From Atribacterota bacterium (GTDB lineage: Bacteria > Atribacterota > Phoenicimicrobiia > Phoenicimicrobiales > Phoenicimicrobiaceae), in assembly GCA_030605615.1 (NCBI GenBank), contig JAUWHZ010000024.1, positions 1,680 through 65,679 on the forward strand: a stretch of 64,000 nt of DNA, read 5' to 3'. Position numbers and translations under genes: made by a program. Position 1 is the stretch's first letter. Each line of letters starts with the position of its first letter. This document shows, in pieces, positions 1 to 9,620 of the stretch. The notes beneath the pieces are model-generated. The model saw nothing but the letters and a program-made list of their open reading frames with translations. It was not told the origin of the DNA and did not search any database.

Positions 1-939
1 GTCTTCTTTAGACAGAGAATATTTTTCCGGATTTATTTCTTTTGTATTTGTTTCTTGGGTTACAATCCCAGGAATTTCTTCCAGAATATCCTGATAAGTA
101 TTTATTAATTTCGCTCCTTGTTTTATCAAATTATGCGTACCATTTGACATTGAAGAGGTTATATTTCCTGGAACAGCAAAAACTTCTCTACCTTGTTCAA
201 GGGCAAAATCAGTAGTTATTAAGGCTCCACTCTTTTCTGCAGCTTCTACTACCACTGTTCCTAAACTTAATCCACTAATAACGCGGTTTCTTCGAGGAAA
301 ATTCTGCCTTTCTGGCAAAGTAGAAAAAGAAAATTCAGTTATTATTGCTCCTGATTCTTCAATCTCTTTCGCTAACCTTCTATTTTCAGGGGGATAAATA
401 AGATCAATTCCACAACCCAATACCGCAATCGTCCGGCCATTTACTGATAATGCACCTTTATGAGCCGCTGTATCAATTCCTCGAGCCATTCCACTTATTA
501 TAGTCAATCCAACTAAAGCTAAATCCTTACTTAAATTTTCTGCTACCATTTTTCCATAGTATGTAGCTTTTCTTGAACCCACGATTGAAATAGAATTTTT
601 ATCTTTTTCTATAATGCTTCCTTTAAAATATAAAACCGGGGGAGGATCATGAATTTCTTTTAAATTCTGCGGATATAATCCATCATTTATAGTTAATACT
701 CTAACTTTATGCTGATCTAATAAATCTAATTCTTTGTTCGGGTTGATATTATTCTTTTCTTCGGAAATTCTGGAGGAAATTTTATTGCTCAAACTTAGCA
801 CTTTTAATATTTCTCCTGACTTTGCATGCCAGGCATTCTCGGCTGAACCAAAATATTTAATTAGTTTATGAAATCTTTTTGGCCCTATATCTGATATTTT
901 ATTCCAGGCCAACCAATATTTTAATTCTTGTTCTTTCAC
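1..939 (-). CDS. dprA: DNA-processing protein DprA (3' end runs off window)
   Basis: Not in ORF track (no stop in window). Manual translation from GTG at 939 after SD AGGAAGGAG gives GRTIAVLGCGIDLIYPPEN, NFPRRNRVISGLS and VVVEAAEKSGALIT motifs of DprA/Smf. Confidence 0.93.
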   Translation of the reverse strand, partial: MKEQELKYWLAWNKISDIGPKRFHKLIKYFGSAENAWHAKSGEILKVLSLSNKISSRISEEKNNINPNKELDLLDQHKVRVLTINDGLYPQNLKEIHDPPPVLYFKGSIIEKDKNSISIVGSRKATYYGKMVAENLSKDLALVGLTIISGMARGIDTAAHKGALSVNGRTIAVLGCGIDLIYPPENRRLAKEIEESGAIITEFSFSTLPERQNFPRRNRVISGLSLGTVVVEAAEKSGALITTDFALEQGREVFAVPGNITSSMSNGTHNLIKQGAKLINTYQDILEEIPGIVTQETNTKEINPEKYSLSKED

Positions 940-964
940 CTGACACTCCTTCCTCGATTCCTTA

Positions 965-1021
965 CGGGTTCGATAAATCGAAACTCTACATTTACATAGA
1001 CAGGCGAGACGCCTTTCCTAC
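965..1021 (-). repeat. Two GTAG-type REP palindromes
   Basis: Reverse complements read GTAG-agtttcgatttatcgaacccg and GTAG-gaaaggcgtctcgcctgtct; near-identical copies at 13824-13848 and 3818-3841. Confidence 0.75.
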
Positions 1022-1030
1022 ACTGGATGT

Positions 1031-1066
1031 TGAGATTGCTTCGTCGCTTCGCTCCTCGCAATGACA
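1031..1066. repeat. Intergenic repeat GAGATTGCTTCGTCGCTTCGCTCCTCGCAATGACA
   Basis: GC-rich island in an AT-rich spacer. Resembles, from memory, a widespread bacterial intergenic repeat; single copy in this window. Confidence 0.5.
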
Positions 1067-1078
1067 GAAAATATTTCA

Positions 1079-1112
1079 CCCTCACCCTGCCCTCTCCCCT
1101 CAAGGGAGAGGG
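1079..1112. repeat. BoxC-like pyrimidine/purine palindrome, copy 1
   Basis: CCCTCACCC-TG-CCCTCTCCC-CTCAA-GGGAGAGGG; other copies at 47037 and 56248. Confidence 0.75.
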
Positions 1113-1162
1113 AGATTGGGAATGACATTGTACACGTAATTTGCAATGCGATATGCGATATA

Positions 1163-1708
1163 CTAATAAGAACCTTTGCTAACTAACAGATTCACTGTTT
1201 TGTCTTTTGAAGTTATATTTCCCGGCTCAGGTTTTTGGGCAATAACCTTTTCTTTAGGTATTGAAAAATGATAAGTATAGGTAATTTTACCCAAAGTCAA
1301 TCCATATTCCTGGATAATTGTAATAGCTTCCTTTAACTCTTTATTTCTAAGATCGGGGATATTAACACTAAAAAATTTACCCCCTTTGCTTACCACTACA
1401 TAAATTTCCCTATGTTCTTTTACTTTCGATCCTGCAATTGGATCTTGCCTGATAATACTATTCTGGGAAATATTTTCGTCAAATTCTTCTCCGGATACCT
1501 TTATCTGTAGTCCAGCTTTATATATTTTTTCTTGGGCAACTTCTAAGTCATCGCCAATTACAGAAGGAACGATAGTATCTGGAACATAGAATATATTTTG
1601 AAATATTAGAAAGGCACATACTCCCCCAGCAATCACTATAAAAATTAAAAAAATCAGGGTTATAAACGGTTTAAAAATAAAATGAAATATTCTTCCTATC
1701 CACACCAT
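1163..1708 (-). CDS. Membrane-anchored protein with two PASTA domains
   Basis: N-terminal TM helix; VPSVIG...QDP.AG and IPDLRN...VIAQKPEPG...VNLLVSKG PASTA repeats. Confidence 0.88.
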   Translation of the reverse strand: MVWIGRIFHFIFKPFITLIFLIFIVIAGGVCAFLIFQNIFYVPDTIVPSVIGDDLEVAQEKIYKAGLQIKVSGEEFDENISQNSIIRQDPIAGSKVKEHREIYVVVSKGGKFFSVNIPDLRNKELKEAITIIQEYGLTLGKITYTYHFSIPKEKVIAQKPEPGNITSKDKTVNLLVSKGSY

Positions 1709-1716
1709 TTATGGAC

Positions 1717-3093
1717 CTATCCTTTTCTTATCATTTTTGACATAAAGAACCCATCTAAATCTAAATTAGAAAGTCCGAGATATATCTGGAAAAATTTCTT
1801 TTGATTAGATTTATAAACTTTCAATCTTTTTTCTTTTATAAAATCACTTAAATCTTCTAATTCAAAATTATGGTTTTTGTCTAAAAATTTACCTACTACT
1901 TCTTCGTTCTCTTCTGGCTCGGTACTGCAGGTAGAATATATTAATCTACCTCCAACTTTCACATAATTTGAAGCAGTAGATAATATTTCTCCTTGTAATT
2001 TAGATAGTTCTTGAAATCTTTTTAAATTAAAGGTTTGCCACTTTAAATCAGGTTTTCTTCGTAAAACTCCCAAACCTGAACAGGGAACATCTACCAATAC
2101 TTTATCTGCTTTATTTATATAATTTTTATTTAATTTAGTAACATCATTTAGCTGTGTTTTTACTATATTAATTCCCAGTCTCTGGCAATTATCTTCTACC
2201 ATTGATAATCTTTTTTTATGGGTATCAAAAGCCAAAATAGTACCTTTATTATTCATTAATTGGGCAAAATGAGTAGTTTTTCCTCCTGGGGCACTGCAAA
2301 CATCGATTATGAATTCTCCAGGTAGAGGATCTACTAAATGAGAGACTAATATTGATGCTTCATCTTGAATTTGGAATAATCCTTCCTTGTAAGCAGGGAA
2401 TTTCGTAATATTAGGAAGTCCTTTAAGATACAAGGCTTCTTCGGTAAAAGCACCTTCTTTAACAGTTATATTCTCTTTTTCCAAAAACTTTTTTAAATCT
2501 GAGCGGGATATCTTTAAGGTATTAGTTCTGATTACCAAAGAAGGTATTTTATTATTTGCTTTACATATTTTAATAGTTTCTTTAAATCCAAATCTCTTCA
2601 GCCAACGTTCAATTATCCAATAGGGATGTGAATAAACCACTGATATATATAGAGCAGTTTCTTTATCTTTATCTGGCCAGCGAACATTCTTTCTATCTCG
2701 AATAATATTCCTCAAAATACTATTTACAAACTTAGCTACTTTAGGATTTCCATATTTCTTTGCTAACTGGACGGATTCATTACAAACCGCATAATCAGGA
2801 ACTTTATCTAAAAATAATAATTGATAAACACCCATCCTCAATATATTTTTAATCCAAATTGGTGTTTTATCAAAATTTTTAATAGAAAATTGTGATATTG
2901 CCCAATCTAATTTACTTCTATTTCTTACAACTCCATAGGTTATCTCATTAATAAATGCTGCATCTCTTACAGTAACTTTATTTTTTTCTAAAAAATTGTT
3001 TAATATAATATTAATATAGCTCTTTTTATAATCAATTTTCGCTAAAGCGTTTAAGATGATTTCCCTTATCCAATCAACTTCTACTTTATCCAT
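1717..3093 (-). CDS. rsmB: 16S rRNA m5C967 methyltransferase RsmB/Sun
   Basis: NusB-like N-terminus; QIQDEAS, DVCSAPGGKT, DVPCSG and YSTCS motifs. Confidence 0.96.
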   Translation of the reverse strand: MDKVEVDWIREIILNALAKIDYKKSYINIILNNFLEKNKVTVRDAAFINEITYGVVRNRSKLDWAISQFSIKNFDKTPIWIKNILRMGVYQLLFLDKVPDYAVCNESVQLAKKYGNPKVAKFVNSILRNIIRDRKNVRWPDKDKETALYISVVYSHPYWIIERWLKRFGFKETIKICKANNKIPSLVIRTNTLKISRSDLKKFLEKENITVKEGAFTEEALYLKGLPNITKFPAYKEGLFQIQDEASILVSHLVDPLPGEFIIDVCSAPGGKTTHFAQLMNNKGTILAFDTHKKRLSMVEDNCQRLGINIVKTQLNDVTKLNKNYINKADKVLVDVPCSGLGVLRRKPDLKWQTFNLKRFQELSKLQGEILSTASNYVKVGGRLIYSTCSTEPEENEEVVGKFLDKNHNFELEDLSDFIKEKRLKVYKSNQKKFFQIYLGLSNLDLDGFFMSKMIRKG

Positions 3094-3108
3094 AAACTCA
3101 ATCTATCT

Positions 3109-3789
3109 TTAACCCCTTCTATTCCTTAATACTATAAGCCTTAATAAATGAAACACAGCTACTGCTGCAGCGGCTACATAGGTTAAAGCGGCAGCATTTA
3201 GGACTTTTTTAACCGAAATTATTTCTATATCGGAAATAATATTTTCTTTAATTAACAAATTAACCGCTCTCTTGCTGGCATCAAATTCAACTGGTAAAGT
3301 GACTACTTGAAATAAAACTGCTAACGAAAAAGCGATAATACCAATATCCATCAATCCGGGGAGACTGAATAAAAATCCAATTAAAAACAAAGGAATAGCC
3401 ATACGAGAACCGATGTTGGTAACTGGCACCAGATTACTGCGGATAGTAAGAGGAAAATAATTCGTTGAATCTTGAATGGCGTGGCCTATTTCATGAGCCA
3501 CAATCCCCTGGGCAGCTAATGATTTACCATAATAAACCTCATTAGATAGGCTTAATCTCTTTTTTCTGGGATCATAATGGTCAGAAAGCTTGCCTTCTAT
3601 CGGCTCTATTTTTATATTTCTTAAATTATTTTGTAGTAATAATTCCTGAGCTACTTCCTTCCCGGTTAATCTACTTTTGGCTAATATTTTTGAATACTTT
3701 GTATAAACTGTTTTTACTTTATATTGAGCATAGAGAGTTAAGATGATTGCTGGTACTAAAATAATTATGGTACTGTCGAAAAAAAACAT
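3109..3789 (-). CDS. YugP-family membrane zinc metallopeptidase
   Basis: LSDHYDP, AHEIGHAIQ (HExxH), TLPVEFDAS, AAALTYV. Start reassigned to ATG 3789 behind SD AGGAGA. Confidence 0.88.
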   Translation of the reverse strand: MFFFDSTIIILVPAIILTLYAQYKVKTVYTKYSKILAKSRLTGKEVAQELLLQNNLRNIKIEPIEGKLSDHYDPRKKRLSLSNEVYYGKSLAAQGIVAHEIGHAIQDSTNYFPLTIRSNLVPVTNIGSRMAIPLFLIGFLFSLPGLMDIGIIAFSLAVLFQVVTLPVEFDASKRAVNLLIKENIISDIEIISVKKVLNAAALTYVAAAAVAVFHLLRLIVLRNRRG

Positions 3790-3817
3790 AAAAAATCTCC
3801 TATTATTTACAATCAAT

Positions 3818-3898
3818 AGACAGGCGAGACGCCTGTCCTACATATATTTATAAACTATCTTACGTGTGTTTATTATCTGTCCTACGTGTATTTATTAT
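3818..3898. repeat. GTAG REP plus three tandem imperfect 22-bp units
   Basis: REP agacaggcgagacgcctgtcctac; 22-bp units at 3833, 3855 and 3877. Confidence 0.7.
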
Positions 3899-3910
3899 GA
3901 CAAATGTGTA

Positions 3911-4867
3911 TTATTTGCCTAAAATATCTCCTACTTTAATTTTATAACCATTAACAAACTGCTGGGCTGACATTTCTTTTGCTCCCGATGGAATTACTTT
4001 TAATATTTTTATAATTCCTTTATCTGCGGTAGAAATTAAAATAGCATTTTTTTCAATCTTGACCACTTCACCAGCGGTGGCGAAATCCAGCTTGAGTTCA
4101 TTTTGATAATTGTATAGAAATCTTGCCATAGTAATCTTAAGTTTTCTTTCCTTATAATAGGTAAAAGCACCTGGGTAAGGGATGGTCCCTCTTATTAAAT
4201 TATAAATTTCTTCCCCTTTATTGTCCCAGATTATTTCTCCATCTTCTTTGGACATTTTCTTAGTATAAGTTGCCAATCGCTTCTCTTGAGGAATCCGTTT
4301 AATATTTCCATTCTTTATTTCTTTTAAAAGGTCATTGATAATCTCTGCACTTAAATTAGATAATCTTTTATTAAGCTCTCCATAGGTTTCATCCGGTAAA
4401 ATAGTTATTTCCCGCTGATCTATAATCTCACCAGCATCTACTTTTTCATTCATAAACATAAAAGTTATTCCAGTCTTTTTTTCACCATTAATGATAGGCC
4501 AATTAATGGGAGCAGCACCGCGATACTTGGGTAGTAATGATGCATGAATATTTATACAGCCTATCCGGGGAATATTCAGCATATCTTTAGAAAGAATTTG
4601 ACCATAAGCAACTACCAAAATAATATCAGGGTTAAATTCTTTTACTTTCTTTATAGATTCCTCTTCATTGATATTCTCAGGTTGAAATACTGTTATTCCC
4701 CTGCTCAGGGCTATTTTTTTAATAGGTGAAGGTAATATTTTTCTACCACGCCCTCGAGGACGATCCGGTTGAGTAATTACTTCTACTATATTTTCTTTAC
4801 AATCTATTAATCTTTCTAAAACCGGCACTCCAAATTCCGCTGTTCCAATAAAAATAATCTTAAGTAT
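3911..4867 (-). CDS. fmt: Methionyl-tRNA formyltransferase (probable ATA start)
   Basis: TQPDRPRGRG and NIHASLLPKYRGAAPI motifs. The conserved N-terminus LKIIFIGTAEFG lies upstream of the called GTG (4828) and is bounded by an in-frame TGA at 4874-4876. Confidence 0.93.
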   Translation of the reverse strand: MLKIIFIGTAEFGVPVLERLIDCKENIVEVITQPDRPRGRGRKILPSPIKKIALSRGITVFQPENINEEESIKKVKEFNPDIILVVAYGQILSKDMLNIPRIGCINIHASLLPKYRGAAPINWPIINGEKKTGITFMFMNEKVDAGEIIDQREITILPDETYGELNKRLSNLSAEIINDLLKEIKNGNIKRIPQEKRLATYTKKMSKEDGEIIWDNKGEEIYNLIRGTIPYPGAFTYYKERKLKITMARFLYNYQNELKLDFATAGEVVKIEKNAILISTADKGIIKILKVIPSGAKEMSAQQFVNGYKIKVGDILGK

Positions 4868-4902
4868 AAGAGATCACCCTTTCTCTTGTAGTGTTTAAAA
4901 AA

Positions 4903-5394
4903 TTACAAAGTTTTTTGCTTTTTCAATTTATTCAACAATAGTTGCCTTTTTACTCTTCCTATTTTATCAATAAATAAAATTCCATCTAAATGGTCAATTT
5001 CATGTTGCAATGCCCTTGCTATTAAACCTTCTTTGGTAATTTCAATCCGTTCTCCCTTCTGATTTAGTCCTTCTACCGTTACCCTGGAAGAACGTTTTAC
5101 TTTACTATACATATCCGGAAAGCTTAAACACCCCTCTTCTTCGTTAACTTCTCCTTCTCTTCTCACAATTTTGGGATTTATTAAAGCTATTAGCCCTTCT
5201 TCCTGACCATCAATAACAATTATTCTTTTTAATACCCCAACTTGCGGGGCAGAAAGACCTACTCCGGAAGCAGTATACATTGTCTCTGCCATATCTCTTA
5301 TAAAATCTGATATTTCCGGAGTTACTTTTTTAACCGGTAATGATTTTTCCCTTAAAACTGGTTCTCCATATTCTTTAATTTCTAATATTGCCAT
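4903..5394 (-). CDS. def: Peptide deformylase
   Basis: GVGLSAPQ, EGCLS and QHEIDH motifs. Confidence 0.97.
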   Translation of the reverse strand: MAILEIKEYGEPVLREKSLPVKKVTPEISDFIRDMAETMYTASGVGLSAPQVGVLKRIIVIDGQEEGLIALINPKIVRREGEVNEEEGCLSFPDMYSKVKRSSRVTVEGLNQKGERIEITKEGLIARALQHEIDHLDGILFIDKIGRVKRQLLLNKLKKQKTL

Positions 5395-5421
5395 CTTATT
5401 CTCCTATTACAATATTAATAA

Positions 5422-7413
5422 TTATAACATCTTTACCGGGTCTACATCTATGGTCAATCTATTTTCTTTATCAAAATGATTTAATAATATTTTATCAAGC
5501 CTTTTCTTAAATATCTGGTTGAATTTTTCTAAATCTTTTACTTTTACAATAACTTGTACCTTAAAATTATTTCGAGACTTCCATATCAGTATATTTGTTG
5601 CACCCAATAACTTAAATTCCGGGGCATCTTTTATTTTATAAATTGAATTTAAATAATCAACTAAAAGTTTTGCCTTTTGTTCAACTTTATCTCTTTCTTT
5701 CCCCCTAACCTCAATTCTAATAATATGACTAAAGGGAGGATAATCTAACTCTTCTCTTGATTTTATTTCCGTTGGATAAAAATAGTTATAGTCCCCCTCT
5801 TTGAGAGCGATTATACAGTGATGGTCGGGATTAAAAGTTTGTATAATTACTTCTATAGATAAATCTATTTCTTTAAAAGTGGAAATAACCTCGCTTAACA
5901 GTTGATATGTTTTTTCTCCTGAGCGATAATCCGGCAAATTCAATAAAGTATCCGCAGAAACAATTCCAACCAAAGCAACATTATTGAAATCGACTCCTTT
6001 TATTATCATTTGAGTCCCTATTAATATATCAATTTTTTCTTCTTTAAAATCTTTTAAAATTTTTTCATAATCTTCTCTTTCGTTTATTGAGTCTCTATCT
6101 AAACGTTTTATCCTGGCTCTGGGAAACATCTTTTTGATTTCGCTTTCTAATTTTTGAGTTCCCATTCCTAATGGCCGAATATCTTCACTGCCACATTTAC
6201 CACAAATATCCGTTACTTTCATCCTTTTCCCACAACTATGACAAACCAATTGAGCTGTACTCGAAAAATTCAAATGATAAGAAAGGGTATTATTACAATC
6301 ATCACATTTAGGTATATATCCACATTGGTTACAAATTACAAAACTGGAAAAACCTCTTTTATTTAAAAAAAGCACAATCTGCTTTTTTCTCTTTAAACTT
6401 TTTAAAATAGCTTGTTGAAGTTCATAACTTATTATCTTTTTTTTTGACTTTTCTTTAGTCATATCTATTATTTTATTTTTTAATAAACTTTCATCTTTTC
6501 CATTTGAGATTAAATTCATTTCAAGATAATTCTCCTGAAGAACATTCCAATAAGATTCAAGACAAGGTGTTTCACTGCTTAATATTATCGGAACCTTTTC
6601 TAATTCTGCTCGCTTTAGAGCTACATCTTTAGCATTATATCGAGGAGCTCTTTCTTCTTTATATAAACTGCTATGTTCTTGATCAACTATTATCAAACCT
6701 AACTTATTAAAGGGTACAAATATAGTTGATCTCATCCCCAGCACAATATCAGCTTTAGAATTTCTTATTTTAATCCATTGAATATATTTGTTCTTTTGAT
6801 CTGTCTTTTCATCAAAAATTATAATCCTTTTTCCATATCTTTTCTCAAATAATTTAGCTAACTCCCGTAAGTTAGACTCCGTTGGCGTTAAAATAATTGT
6901 TTGTCTTCCCGCCTTTAAAGTTTTTTGGATGAATTTAAAATAAATTTTTACTCTTTCCTTAAAATTATCGGAACGAAAAAGTACTGGTTTCAGGGGGATA
7001 TTTTCATCACCGTAAAAATTATTATCTTTAGGGAAGCGGGGCTCAGTGGGTGGGCTTTCTATTTTATCAAATTTGGTAATCCATGTTTTCCTGGTTTTGG
7101 GTATAACATAATTTAGGGTCTTTTCCCAGGAACATAGATAATAATTTGAAATCCACTGAGTTAATCTTATAATATCTGGAGTAAGAAGGGGTTTGGTATC
7201 AACTAATTGCGAGATACCTTTTAAGTTTTTAATATTAGTTTTTTTCAGAAATCCCACTACACATCCTGTTGTCACCTTATTTTTAAAAGGTATAAGCACT
7301 CGGGCTCCTACAGAAATTTTATCTCTTAAATTTTCAGGTATACAGTAGTGAAATATTTTATTAAGATTATATTCTAATATTACTATTTCTGCATATTTCT
7401 CTTCACCATACAT
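5422..7413 (-). CDS. priA: Primosomal protein N' PriA with degenerate helicase motifs
   Basis: 3'-DNA-binding N-terminus, APRYNAKDVA, LNKRGF, four CxxC, LNLPDYRSGE, YPPF, C-terminal IDVDP; syntenic coaBC-priA-def-fmt. Confidence 0.93.
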   Translation of the reverse strand: MYGEEKYAEIVILEYNLNKIFHYCIPENLRDKISVGARVLIPFKNKVTTGCVVGFLKKTNIKNLKGISQLVDTKPLLTPDIIRLTQWISNYYLCSWEKTLNYVIPKTRKTWITKFDKIESPPTEPRFPKDNNFYGDENIPLKPVLFRSDNFKERVKIYFKFIQKTLKAGRQTIILTPTESNLRELAKLFEKRYGKRIIIFDEKTDQKNKYIQWIKIRNSKADIVLGMRSTIFVPFNKLGLIIVDQEHSSLYKEERAPRYNAKDVALKRAELEKVPIILSSETPCLESYWNVLQENYLEMNLISNGKDESLLKNKIIDMTKEKSKKKIISYELQQAILKSLKRKKQIVLFLNKRGFSSFVICNQCGYIPKCDDCNNTLSYHLNFSSTAQLVCHSCGKRMKVTDICGKCGSEDIRPLGMGTQKLESEIKKMFPRARIKRLDRDSINEREDYEKILKDFKEEKIDILIGTQMIIKGVDFNNVALVGIVSADTLLNLPDYRSGEKTYQLLSEVISTFKEIDLSIEVIIQTFNPDHHCIIALKEGDYNYFYPTEIKSREELDYPPFSHIIRIEVRGKERDKVEQKAKLLVDYLNSIYKIKDAPEFKLLGATNILIWKSRNNFKVQVIVKVKDLEKFNQIFKKRLDKILLNHFDKENRLTIDVDPVKML

Positions 7414-7439
7414 ATTAATAAACTCATCAATTCGATTTT

Positions 7440-8633
7440 TTAATTTATCTTTAAAATCTCATCTAAGATTTTTTCTGCCATATCAGTTTTTGGCATAAGA
7501 GGTAATTCCCGAACTATGCCCTTATTATCGATAATCTTAGCTGTATTTTTATCTGAACCAAATCCTGCTCCTTTTGCTAATAAATCATTAGCAATGATCA
7601 AATCTAAATTTTTTTCTTTTAATTTTTTAGAAGCATTGTGAACTAAATTTTCAGTTTCTGCAGCAAATCCTACTAATATTTTATTCCCTTTTTTCTTCCC
7701 TAACTCATACAGAATATCGGAGGTTTTTTCTAATTCAATAACCATCTTCTTGGTTTCTTCTTTTTTAATTTTTCCTGAAAATATTTCCTTTGGCCGAAAA
7801 TCAGCTACTGCAGCAGCGGAAATTATAATATCTGCCTTTTTAAAACATTTAAATACTTCGTTCTTCATTTCTTCAGCTGTGTTAATTAAAATTGTATCAA
7901 TCCCTTTAACAGTAGGCAGACAAGTAGGTCCGGTAATTAAAATAACTCTTGCTCCTCTGGCCTGAGCAACATCTGCCAAAGCAAAACCCATTTTACCTGA
8001 GGAATAGTTAGAAATAAATCTAACTTTATCAATAGGCTCTCTGGTACAGGAAGCAGTAATTAATACGGTTTTATTTTTATAATCTTTTTTAAACAACAGT
8101 GTATGGTCAACCTTATCTACTATCTCTTTTATATCTGCTAATCGACCCTCTCCTACTTCCCCACAAGCCAAAAGGCCATATTCTGAATCAATAAACTCAT
8201 AACCTAAAGCAACTAGTTTTTTAACATTTTCTTGATAGATAGGGTTAGATATCATATTTTTATTCATTGCGGGAGCAAAAATCACTTTCGATTTGGAGGC
8301 CATCACAGTTGTAGTTAACATATCATCAGCAATACCATGGGCGATTTTACCGATAATATTTGCTGTGGCCGGGGCAATTAATATTAGATCAGCCCACTGG
8401 GAAAGAGAGACATGTTTTATCTCTATCTGGTCATTTAAAGAAAACAAATTAGTTATAACCGGGTGCCCGGAAAGAGTAGAAAAGGTCAAAGGCTGGACAA
8501 ATTTTGTTGCAGGTTCAGTCATAATAACAAAAACATCTGCACCTTTTTTCTTTAACAAACTTAATATCTCCGCAGCTTTATAAGCAGCTATACTCCCGGT
8601 AATCCCCAGGATAATTTTTTTCCCTTTTAACAT
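7440..8633 (-). CDS. coaBC: Bifunctional PPC decarboxylase/synthetase CoaBC
   Basis: GITGSIAAYK, APATAN, APAMN, NYSSGKMG and GFAAET motifs. Confidence 0.97.
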   Translation of the reverse strand: MLKGKKIILGITGSIAAYKAAEILSLLKKKGADVFVIMTEPATKFVQPLTFSTLSGHPVITNLFSLNDQIEIKHVSLSQWADLILIAPATANIIGKIAHGIADDMLTTTVMASKSKVIFAPAMNKNMISNPIYQENVKKLVALGYEFIDSEYGLLACGEVGEGRLADIKEIVDKVDHTLLFKKDYKNKTVLITASCTREPIDKVRFISNYSSGKMGFALADVAQARGARVILITGPTCLPTVKGIDTILINTAEEMKNEVFKCFKKADIIISAAAVADFRPKEIFSGKIKKEETKKMVIELEKTSDILYELGKKKGNKILVGFAAETENLVHNASKKLKEKNLDLIIANDLLAKGAGFGSDKNTAKIIDNKGIVRELPLMPKTDMAEKILDEILKIN

Positions 8634-8653
8634 TTATTTTACCCCACATTTCT

Positions 8654-8689
8654 CGTATCGCGTGATGCGTATTGCGTATTAGCGTATGA
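8654..8689. repeat. CGTATNN heptamer tandem array
   Basis: cgtatcg cgtgatg cgtattg cgtattag cgtatga. Confidence 0.65.
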
Positions 8690-8697
8690 GTAATACT

Positions 8698-8919
8698 TTA
8701 AATGCTATTTTCACTAAATAATTCATCAGCTTTTGCAAGTTCTTCAGATTTTTCAGATGCTTGGATATCTTTAAGATATACTTTTCCTTCGCTAATCTCC
8801 TGCAAGGCAATTAAAACAGGTTTTTTATTTTTAGTTTCTACTAAAGGCTTTTCTCCATCACGTAATTGTTTTGCTCTTTTTGCGACCATCATAGTTAACA
8901 AATATTTATTTTCTACCAT
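8698..8919 (-). CDS. rpoZ: RNA polymerase omega subunit
   Basis: NKYLL..MVAKRAKQL and KPVLIALQEI motifs; lies between gmk and coaBC. Confidence 0.95.
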   Translation of the reverse strand: MVENKYLLTMMVAKRAKQLRDGEKPLVETKNKKPVLIALQEISEGKVYLKDIQASEKSEELAKADELFSENSI

Positions 8920-8963
8920 ACCTCTTTTCCTTTCTCTTATTAAAACGTATTTATTTCTATTTT

Positions 8964-9608
8964 TTATAATTTAAATTTGTTTTTATTATTTATTATTTTA
9001 CATCTTTCAGCAATTATTATAGACTCTAATTTTTTTATGGCAACCTTTATATCATCATTTACGACTAAGTAATCATAACTTTGCATATATCTCATTTCAT
9101 TGCGTGCATCTTTCAATCTTTTTTCAAGATCTTCTTTTGCTTCAGTCCTTCTTTCACGCAATCTCTTTTCTAAATCCTTCCATGATGGAGGGGCAATAAA
9201 AATAAATACCCCCTCTGGAAATTTCTTCTTTACCTGCATAGCTCCCTGAACGTCTATTTCTAATAATACATCTTCTCCCTTTTGAAGTTTATCTACTAAA
9301 AAACCCAAAGGTGTTCCTTTGTAATCTCCGTGAACAAGTGCCCATTCGACAAATTTATTTGCTTTTATCATTTTTTCAAATTTATCTTTAGATACAAAAT
9401 AATAATCAACACCTTCCCTTTCTCCTTTTCGAGAAAAACGAGCAGTTACAGATACTGAGTAGGTTAAATCTGGAATAATTTTAAATATCTCTTCCCTTAT
9501 AGTCCCCTTACCTACTCCGGAGGGACCAGAAATGACAAATAGTAAACCCCTGTTTGCTCTCGTATCGCGTTCAGAGATAAAAGATAAAAAGTCTTTATCG
9601 TTGGTCAT
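8964..9608 (-). CDS. gmk: Guanylate kinase
   Basis: SGPSGVGKGT P-loop; EREGVDYYF and LEIDVQGA motifs. Confidence 0.97.
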   Translation of the reverse strand: MTNDKDFLSFISERDTRANRGLLFVISGPSGVGKGTIREEIFKIIPDLTYSVSVTARFSRKGEREGVDYYFVSKDKFEKMIKANKFVEWALVHGDYKGTPLGFLVDKLQKGEDVLLEIDVQGAMQVKKKFPEGVFIFIAPPSWKDLEKRLRERRTEAKEDLEKRLKDARNEMRYMQSYDYLVVNDDIKVAIKKLESIIIAERCKIINNKNKFKL

Positions 9609-9620
9609 ATTTAAAATTAC

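Noticed and set aside
879..1064. 61-aa plus-strand ORF
   Set aside because: Antisense to the dprA start and made of repeats.
3818..3910. Possible mini-CRISPR
   Set aside because: The units are directly tandem with no spacers, and there are no cas genes. No CRISPR array was seen anywhere in the window.
9558..9572. Heptamer-like ctcgtatcgcgt inside the gmk 5' extension
   Set aside because: Only about two units; too short to claim repeat invasion of the CDS.
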